Assembly (NCBI GenBank): GCA_052168235.1
Contig: JBQLZK010000088.1
Coordinates: 1-22,696, forward strand
Direction: 5' to 3'
DNA length: 22,696 nucleotides
Source: Thainema sp.
GTDB taxonomy: Bacteria > Cyanobacteriota > Cyanobacteriia > Phormidesmidales > Phormidesmidaceae
Shown here: positions 16,686 to 22,696 of the stretch, in pieces
Position numbering within the stretch: the first letter of the stretch is position 1
Layout: the number at the start of each line of letters is the position of its first letter
Program-made: the position numbers and the translations under genes
The notes under the pieces: model-generated
What the model was told of the DNA's origin: nothing
What the model saw: only the letters and a program-made list of their open reading frames with translations
The model's database searches: none

Positions 16686-17797
16686 GCGGGAGTAGCTACG
16701 CGAGAGGCGCGGAGCTGACCGCAGGCGGCATCTTTTTCGAGTCCACGGGTTTGGCGGACACTGACAGCGATGTGATGTTCCTTCAGCGTATCGACAAACT
16801 GCTGCACCCGCTGGCGACTGGGCCGCTTGTAATCCACCTCTTCAATCGGGTTGTAGGGAATCAGATTCACATGACTCTGGAAACCGCGCAGGTGCTGCGC
16901 CAGTTCCACTGCGTGTTCTGGCTCATCATTCAGTTCCGCCAGCAGAATGTATTCAAACGTGACCCGCCGCCCTGTAATTTGCACATAGTCGCGGCATTCG
17001 GCCAGTAACGTCTTCAGCGGATACTGTCTGGCGCTGGGAATTAGCTGCTCCCGAACGGCTTGATTTGAAGCGTGGAGACTCACAGCCAGCGTTGCTTGCA
17101 AATGGTGTTCCGCTAAACGGCGAATTCGACCCGGAATACCAACCGTTGAAATCGTGATTGAGCGCTGGGAGATGCCGATGTCCTGATTCAAACAGCGCAC
17201 GGCATTGACCACGGCATCGATATTCAGCAGCGGTTCACCCATGCCCATAAACACAATGTTGGACACCCGCTCCTGAAAATCTTCCTGCACCGTCAGCACC
17301 TGATCGACAATTTCATGCGTCGCCAAATTGCGAATGAATCCGCCCTTACCCGTGGCGCAGAAGTCGCAGGCCATCGGGCAGCCCACCTGAGACGAGACGC
17401 ACACCGTCAGCCGTCTGCCGCTGGGAATGCCCACCGTTTCAATGATGTGACCGTCTTGCAAGCGTAAGAGAAACTTAATCGTGCCGTCTGGGGCTTCGGA
17501 GCGATAGTGCAGTTCGGAGCGACCAACGGGATAGTCCGCCAGTTGCGATCGCAGTTGCTTCGAAAAAACCGAGATGTCCGTTAGCGATCGCGCCCCCTGC
17601 TGATAAATCCACTGGTAAAGCTGCTTACCACGATAGGCAGCCTGTCCCTGCTGCTGTATCCAAGCGGTGAGTTCCTCCAGGGTTTGACCCAGCAGTGGAC
17701 GTTCCGTGGTCGAATTAGATGCAGCTTCAGTCTGAGCAAGGGCGGCAAAATCGAGTTCAGGAGAGTCTGATTGAGCCGAAATAGGAGGGACAGCCAT
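16682..17797 (-). CDS. rlmN: Dual-specificity 23S rRNA A2503/tRNA A37 C2-methyltransferase RlmN
   Basis: Radical SAM motif [38 protein letters not shown] and DAACGQL. Confidence 0.97.
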   Translation of the reverse strand: MAVPPISAQSDSPELDFAALAQTEAASNSTTERPLLGQTLEELTAWIQQQGQAAYRGKQLYQWIYQQGARSLTDISVFSKQLRSQLADYPVGRSELHYRSEAPDGTIKFLLRLQDGHIIETVGIPSGRRLTVCVSSQVGCPMACDFCATGKGGFIRNLATHEIVDQVLTVQEDFQERVSNIVFMGMGEPLLNIDAVVNAVRCLNQDIGISQRSITISTVGIPGRIRRLAEHHLQATLAVSLHASNQAVREQLIPSARQYPLKTLLAECRDYVQITGRRVTFEYILLAELNDEPEHAVELAQHLRGFQSHVNLIPYNPIEEVDYKRPSRQRVQQFVDTLKEHHIAVSVRQTRGLEKDAACGQLRASRVATPA

Positions 17798-17945
17798 AGT
17801 AAAGGAATGCGTTGCAACGGATCTCTATCTTAGAGCAGACTTTCAGATTCGTTGTAGCCTCAGACATTCAGGTTGGCGGCAATTTGCACTACGCTAGATT
17901 TCGATAGAATTTGGGCATTCGCCCTGTCGTTATCGTCGTACTTTT

Positions 17946-18857
17946 ATGCTGCCACTGTTGATTACTGCTGGGTTTTATCTGCCGCTGATAATTGTGGCTC
18001 AATTTCAATCGCCGGGGCCAATTGCCTTCGAAGCGGGGCCATTTACGATTCGCTGGTACGGCCTACTGATTGCCAGTGCGGTGCTGCTCGGCGTGACGCT
18101 GTCGCAGTATCTGGCCAAGCGGCGCAATGTTGATCCCGATTTGCTGGGTGATTTGGCGATTTGGCTGGTGATTGGGGCGCTGCCGGGAGCGCGGCTCTAC
18201 TACGTGCTGTTTGAATGGTCGCAGTATGCCGACGATCCGGCTAGTATTTTTGCCATTTGGCAGGGCGGCATTGCCATTCACGGCGCGATTATTGGTGGGT
18301 CACTCGCTGCACTGCTCTTTTGCCGAATTCGCAAGGTCTCGTTTTGGCAGATGGCGGATCTGGTGGCTCCGTCGCTGATTTTGGGACAGGCGATTGGTCG
18401 CTGGGGCAACTTCTTCAATTCAGAAGCCTTTGGCGCACCGACGGATTTGCCGTGGCGGCTGTATATTCCACCGAATCGACGTCCACCGGGATTAGGCGAT
18501 GTGGCCTATTATCACCCGACGTTTCTGTATGAATCGCTGTGGAATATTGGCGTATTGGTCTTGCTGCTGGGGCTGTTTTTCTGGGGGTTGCGGCGTCCGG
18601 GACGGCTGAAGGTGGGCACGCTGGCGATGGTCTATATGGTGGCCTATAGTTCCGGTCGGGTCTGGATTGAGGGTTTACGGCTAGATAGCCTGATGCTTGG
18701 CCCGTTACGTATGGCGCAGGTGATTAGTTTAGTTGCGATCGCAGTTGGCCTACTCGGTCTCTGGTGGCTCTATGGTGCAAAGCGATCGCTACCGGATGTG
18801 GTTGATCCCAATCGACCTGACCCTAAACGTAAGTATTCAGAGTCATCTGATTTGTAA
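17946..18857 (+). CDS. lgt: Prolipoprotein diacylglyceryl transferase
   Basis: [43 protein letters not shown] and RVWIEGLR. Exact start uncertain. Confidence 0.97.
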   Translation: MLPLLITAGFYLPLIIVAQFQSPGPIAFEAGPFTIRWYGLLIASAVLLGVTLSQYLAKRRNVDPDLLGDLAIWLVIGALPGARLYYVLFEWSQYADDPASIFAIWQGGIAIHGAIIGGSLAALLFCRIRKVSFWQMADLVAPSLILGQAIGRWGNFFNSEAFGAPTDLPWRLYIPPNRRPPGLGDVAYYHPTFLYESLWNIGVLVLLLGLFFWGLRRPGRLKVGTLAMVYMVAYSSGRVWIEGLRLDSLMLGPLRMAQVISLVAIAVGLLGLWWLYGAKRSLPDVVDPNRPDPKRKYSESSDL

Positions 18858-18892
18858 CCGACTTCGTTCCTTCACACCGCAAGCCATTGCCC

Positions 18893-19498
18893 ATGTCGCC
18901 CAAAATTTTGCTCACGTCTTTCACGATTTGGGAAGATCATCATCAGTCCAACTCCGCTGACGATCTGCTGGAACTAATGACGCAAGAGTGCGACAGGATA
19001 ATACCTAGCCTCAGCACTCAACTCCACTATTTACGCCAGCTTCCGGTGGACTATGATCATGCTCCGGCTCGGATTATTGAAGCCGTAAATCATCTGCAAC
19101 CCCACAGCATCATTTGCTGCGGCATGGCTGAAACTCGGCCTCGGCTCAGCGTTGAATCATGCGGCACCCATCGCCATGACCGAGACGATGTCTATCACAC
19201 ACCACTGCCGCTTGATCAACTCATTCAGGATCTCACCTTCACCGATATCAGCTACGATGCGGGCAGCTTTGTCTGCAACCACACCTACTACTCGGTGCTG
19301 AAACACGTCCATAGTCAACGACTGTCGTCGCCTTGCCTATTCGTACATGTCCCGGTTTTGACTACCGATAATCAAGCAGCGATCCTGACCGATTTCACTC
19401 AAATTGTGCAGCGAATTAGCGTCTGGGTGGAGTTCTCTACGGCTGCGCCAACAACAAAAACAGCTCTAAGCTCACCATACACACGGCAAAAATCGTGA
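18893..19498 (+). CDS. pcp: Pyroglutamyl-peptidase I (peptidase C15) family protein
   Basis: KILLTSF, LPVDY and the catalytic Glu/Cys/His contexts LSVE, DAGSFVCNHTYY and FVHVP. Confidence 0.85.
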   Translation: MSPKILLTSFTIWEDHHQSNSADDLLELMTQECDRIIPSLSTQLHYLRQLPVDYDHAPARIIEAVNHLQPHSIICCGMAETRPRLSVESCGTHRHDRDDVYHTPLPLDQLIQDLTFTDISYDAGSFVCNHTYYSVLKHVHSQRLSSPCLFVHVPVLTTDNQAAILTDFTQIVQRISVWVEFSTAAPTTKTALSSPYTRQKS

Positions 19499-22418
19499 CC
19501 ACAACCACAGCGCGTCTGGCCTGAGTGAGCTGCTTCTGCAAAACCTGATTCAGCCGTTCATCGGCTAAGCGCTTGGCATCCTCTGCTTCCTGACGTTTGG
19601 CCTGGGCCGTTTTGAGCTGCTGCACCAGTCCCGGTGACTGCTGTTGGCGAATGTAGTCCACCAGGTAGTCATGCACAAGCTGATAGCGTGGCTCTGGCGC
19701 AGCCGGAATTTCAAACACTAGGCCGGAGCCGACCAGGATTTCCAGCACCAGCGCAAAATCTCGCTCTGTCGCATCCTGGAGCAATAGACCTTCCACATCG
19801 GTTTCCAGTTCCTCCCGCGTCTTCTGCGGACGAATGCCGCCTTCTTCCGTCAAGAAAAACAGAATCAGATTGGCTAACTCCTGATTTTCGCGGCCACAGT
19901 CTTGCACCGATTCATGCAGGAAATGCTCCACTAGCACCTGCTTGGGCGAGTCGCCCAAAGCTCGATATTGCGCCAGTGTCGTAATCTCTTCCCGCTGAAG
20001 CTGTGCCCCCACGACCTGAAGTTCAATCGGTCGCACGTCTTGGTGTTCTACCGATAGATCGGCTACCAAGGCATCCACTAAATCTGCATCCAGCTCAAAC
20101 TGCGATCGCTGCGTCAACGTTTCAATCACCGTGCGGGCATCCTGTCGCGAGAAGTTGCCCAGGTAGTAGCGCACGTCTCGACTGAGGATGTCGTTGTTGA
20201 TGATTTCTAAATCCGTCAGCCGTTCGCACTCCAGCAAATAGTGCAGGTAATCTTCCCGCAGTGACAGAATGACGTTAACGAACGGTTGATTGATGCAGTC
20301 ACTCAGAAACTGCCAGAATGCTCGGCGCTCTTGCAGGTCGGGCCATTCAAAGAAGAATTCTTCAAACTGGTCGAAGATCAAGATTAGGAAGTGGTTTTGG
20401 TTGAGGAGGGTGAGGAGTGAGGAGTGAGGAGTGATGGGTAGATGGGTGGATGAGTGGATGGGTGGATGGGAATCGAGGGTGTCTGGGGAAGGGGCGAAGG
20501 GGAGAGCAGAATTCAGTTGGGTGGTGAGGTCGGTGGGCCAGTCAACGTAGTTGTTGAGTGCGATCGCACGTATTCTGCGTCCCTTCAAAAATTTCTGTTG
20601 ATTTAGGCGGGGGATGAGTCCGGCTTTGAGGATGGAGCTTTTGCCGACGCCGGATTGGCCGTGGATGACGGTGAGCTTATACTGGTCGTCTTCGATGCGG
20701 GCGAGCAGGCGATCTACGTCCTGTTGGCGACTGGAGATGACGATGGCGTTGGCTTTTGGGTTGGAGATCTGATCGGGGAGAGGTGCGATCGCATCTTCTG
20801 GTACGCCGACTGTGCTGGGAGATTGCCAGGGCTGAATGGGGACGGCACCGATAAAGGCGCGCAGGCCAAAGCTGCTCTCCACCTGCTCAAGCTGCTGTTT
20901 GACTTGGAAGGCTTTGTGGTAGCTGCCTTTGTCGTAGTAGTGGTCGTGCAGCGTATCCAGCACCAAGCGGTACAAGGTTAAGTCGTAGCGGGGGTTGACC
21001 TGCTGGCTAGCGATTTCCAAATTTTTGATCGCCTGGTTGCGATCGCGCAGGTGAATCTGGGCGGCACCGATCAGATAGTGATACCAGCCCTGCTGAGCCT
21101 GGACGATCCAAACCTGATCGGCGGGAATCTCGACATTGTCCAACAGCGCTAGAGCCTGTTCGCCTTCCCGAATGGCCAGTTTCCACTCTTCCCGAATCAG
21201 TTTAATCTCGGCCAAAAATCCGCGATCACGGGCGCGACGAATCGGATCGTCATAGAGCGCATGCAGTTCTAATGCAGCCAGGGAAACCTCTTCCAGTTCG
21301 TGCCAAATTTCAGGATTGGGCATGGGCAGTCGGCCCAGCTTTTGCAGCACTTCGGCCAAGGCGAGTACGTATCGCGCTACCACGTCTAGCCGATTCGCCT
21401 GCTGAAAGACGGTGAGACTTTCGACAAAATAGCGCCGTGCCTGCTCACAGGCGGTTCGGTAGGTGCTGCGCTGCAACACCGCATAGCTGCGCCACCAGAG
21501 GCCCAGGTAAAACAGCAGGCAGCCATAGCGCTCAGCCGCTGAAATCAGCGGGGCGTGGGCGGTGTGACCAGCATGACAAGCCTGATGAATTTGATCGGTT
21601 AACTGCTGGATATCTGAGTCAGAGTTGGGCAGCGTCACAAGTTGCTCCGCCTGTTCAGCCCGTGCCTGCCAAAAGGCTAAGCTTTGCTCGTATAGCCGCC
21701 GCGCCGTTTCCATTTCACCATTGGCATGGGCATCGCGAGCCTGCACAAAGTCCAGACTGGCCTGCAACTCCGCATCCAGTGCTTCACCCTGCGCCTGGAT
21801 ATCACTCAGGGCAAATTCCAGCTCATATCGTCGGCGCGAACCCGGTTCAATGCCAAATTCTGAATCCGGCAAAAAGCGATCGCTACCCGCATTCAGCGCA
21901 ATCTGAAACAGGCGATTGGCCTCCTGATGCAGCGAATGCAGCAGTTCTCCGGGCGGATAGCCGACTTGGATGGGGGCTGGTGCAAAGGTTTTCAGGTCGG
22001 GTGCGGTGCGGTTGAAGGTTTGCAGCACGTGGTCATTGACCCAGAGGACAATTGGGAAGGCAAAATCCTGCCGCAAACTGTCGCGAATCTGATTAGCCGA
22101 AGCTAAAAATTGGGTCAGCGATTTGACCGTTTCCAGCCCAGTCACAAACACGGCTCTGGGACTGGCTTGAACCTGCTGCTGAATGGCAACTCGTAATCCG
22201 TCCGCATCCGCCGCTAGCTGCACCACCTGCAAATCCCGCATCTGATCATCCGCCTGTAGCGCCTCAATCAGGATGTTTCGTAACCGGACATAGTTACAGC
22301 GCACAAGAATCAGTGAAAAATCGCCCTGGCTGAATAAGAGCGATCGCACAAGCTGATTCAGCGACTCCGCATTGTGGGCCACAATCTCTCCAGCAGTATG
22401 TCCTCGAACGACAGACAT
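19437..22418 (-). CDS. Large STAND-type NTPase: degenerate P-loop-like N-terminus, TPR-like helices, nSTAND1-type NTPase, coiled coil, C-terminal TM
   Basis: Walker A HGQSGVGKSS, Walker B LIFDQFEEFF, SLREDY, RPIELQVVG and YQLVHDYL; TPR-like Ala/Leu/Tyr helices upstream; ends in a hydrophobic helix. Confidence 0.8.
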   Translation of the reverse strand: MSVVRGHTAGEIVAHNAESLNQLVRSLLFSQGDFSLILVRCNYVRLRNILIEALQADDQMRDLQVVQLAADADGLRVAIQQQVQASPRAVFVTGLETVKSLTQFLASANQIRDSLRQDFAFPIVLWVNDHVLQTFNRTAPDLKTFAPAPIQVGYPPGELLHSLHQEANRLFQIALNAGSDRFLPDSEFGIEPGSRRRYELEFALSDIQAQGEALDAELQASLDFVQARDAHANGEMETARRLYEQSLAFWQARAEQAEQLVTLPNSDSDIQQLTDQIHQACHAGHTAHAPLISAAERYGCLLFYLGLWWRSYAVLQRSTYRTACEQARRYFVESLTVFQQANRLDVVARYVLALAEVLQKLGRLPMPNPEIWHELEEVSLAALELHALYDDPIRRARDRGFLAEIKLIREEWKLAIREGEQALALLDNVEIPADQVWIVQAQQGWYHYLIGAAQIHLRDRNQAIKNLEIASQQVNPRYDLTLYRLVLDTLHDHYYDKGSYHKAFQVKQQLEQVESSFGLRAFIGAVPIQPWQSPSTVGVPEDAIAPLPDQISNPKANAIVISSRQQDVDRLLARIEDDQYKLTVIHGQSGVGKSSILKAGLIPRLNQQKFLKGRRIRAIALNNYVDWPTDLTTQLNSALPFAPSPDTLDSHPPIHSSTHLPITPHSSLLTLLNQNHFLILIFDQFEEFFFEWPDLQERRAFWQFLSDCINQPFVNVILSLREDYLHYLLECERLTDLEIINNDILSRDVRYYLGNFSRQDARTVIETLTQRSQFELDADLVDALVADLSVEHQDVRPIELQVVGAQLQREEITTLAQYRALGDSPKQVLVEHFLHESVQDCGRENQELANLILFFLTEEGGIRPQKTREELETDVEGLLLQDATERDFALVLEILVGSGLVFEIPAAPEPRYQLVHDYLVDYIRQQQSPGLVQQLKTAQAKRQEAEDAKRLADERLNQVLQKQLTQARRAVVVVTIFAVCMVSLELFLLLAQP
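20402..20472. repeat. Intragenic STRR-like tandem repeats (7-mers then 8-mers)
   Basis: TGAGGAG at 20402, 20411, 20418 and 20425, then GATGGGTA GATGGGTG GATGAGTG GATGGGTG GATGGGAA (20433-20472). Confidence 0.85.
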
Positions 22419-22445
22419 GAATTCACTCAGCTCTCGCTAGGGGTT

Positions 22446-22620
22446 AAGAAACCCGGTTTCAAACGTACTTGTTTAGCGCGACACTCTGCATAGATCCCCC
22501 TAAATCCCCCTTAAAAAGGGGGAACTTTGAGCCAGAGTTGGAATAGCCCCTTTTTTAAGGGGGCGGCGACAGCGGGGGATCGTACACCTACGCTAAATGC
22601 GTCAAAGAAACCCAGTTTCT
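22446..22620. repeat. Nested palindromic dispersed-repeat (MITE/REP-like) structure
   Basis: Outer pair AAGAAACCC(G/A)GTTTC (22446-22460, 22605-22619); TTTAGCG/CGCTAAA (22472/22591); GATCCCCC/GGGGGATC (22493/22574); inner CCCCCTTAAAAAGGGGG with a near-perfect reverse complement. Confidence 0.75.
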
Positions 22621-22696
22621 TTGCATATCCTTTCTACAATCGTAATTGCTCAACTGGGTTGACCGAAACACAGCTTTGACAGAAGATGATAAGCTT

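Larger units (their letters stand above)
369..22347. repeat. Dispersed HIP1 octamer GCGATCGC (about 30 copies by hand count)
   Basis: Examples at 369, 1067, 3001, 5522, 9722, 12603, 14234, 15961, 20102 and 22340; hallmark of many cyanobacterial genomes. Confidence 0.95.

Noticed and set aside
21437..22015. 192-aa plus-strand ORF, and the other short alternative-frame ORFs in the track
   Set aside because: They lie antisense to or nested within well-supported genes, have Pro/Arg/Ala-rich shadow composition and show no motifs.
22621..22696. 3' end of an upstream partner gene for the NTPase
   Set aside because: Minus-strand frames are open for short stretches, but none gives a recognisable peptide; too little sequence to call.

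Overview
Cyanobacterial chromosomal DNA: about 30 copies of the HIP1 octamer GCGATCGC, a PEP-CTERM gene and typical cyanobacterial short repeats. A filamentous Leptolyngbya-like host is inferred, not shown. Most of the window is ordinary. Left to right: PEP-CTERM protein, DUF4079 membrane protein, HAMP-GAF class III adenylate cyclase, lemA plus an M48 (HtpX-like) protease, a membrane hypothetical, an Rcp-like response regulator with a REC-GAF-GGDEF-EAL protein, cupin, ABC exporter, GNAT, CAP protein, rlmN, lgt, pyroglutamyl peptidase and a large TPR-like/nSTAND1-type NTPase. The best novelty candidate is a single low-GC gene (14470-15855). It fuses a DUF4365-like PD-(D/E)xK nuclease domain to a non-catalytic FGE-sulfatase (C-type-lectin-fold) domain and sits beside a collapsed Uma2-like nuclease remnant and a REP-like element, so it may be a one-gene sensor-nuclease defence module. 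Notable non-coding structure: two unrelated perfect 24-bp palindromes, both capped by GC-GGA-GC; a hairpin flanked by 13-bp direct repeats; a 5x13-bp tandem array; a REP-like element overlapping the rlmN stop codon; and short tandem repeats lying in frame inside the NTPase domain. All family calls come from motif recognition by eye; no database searches were run.
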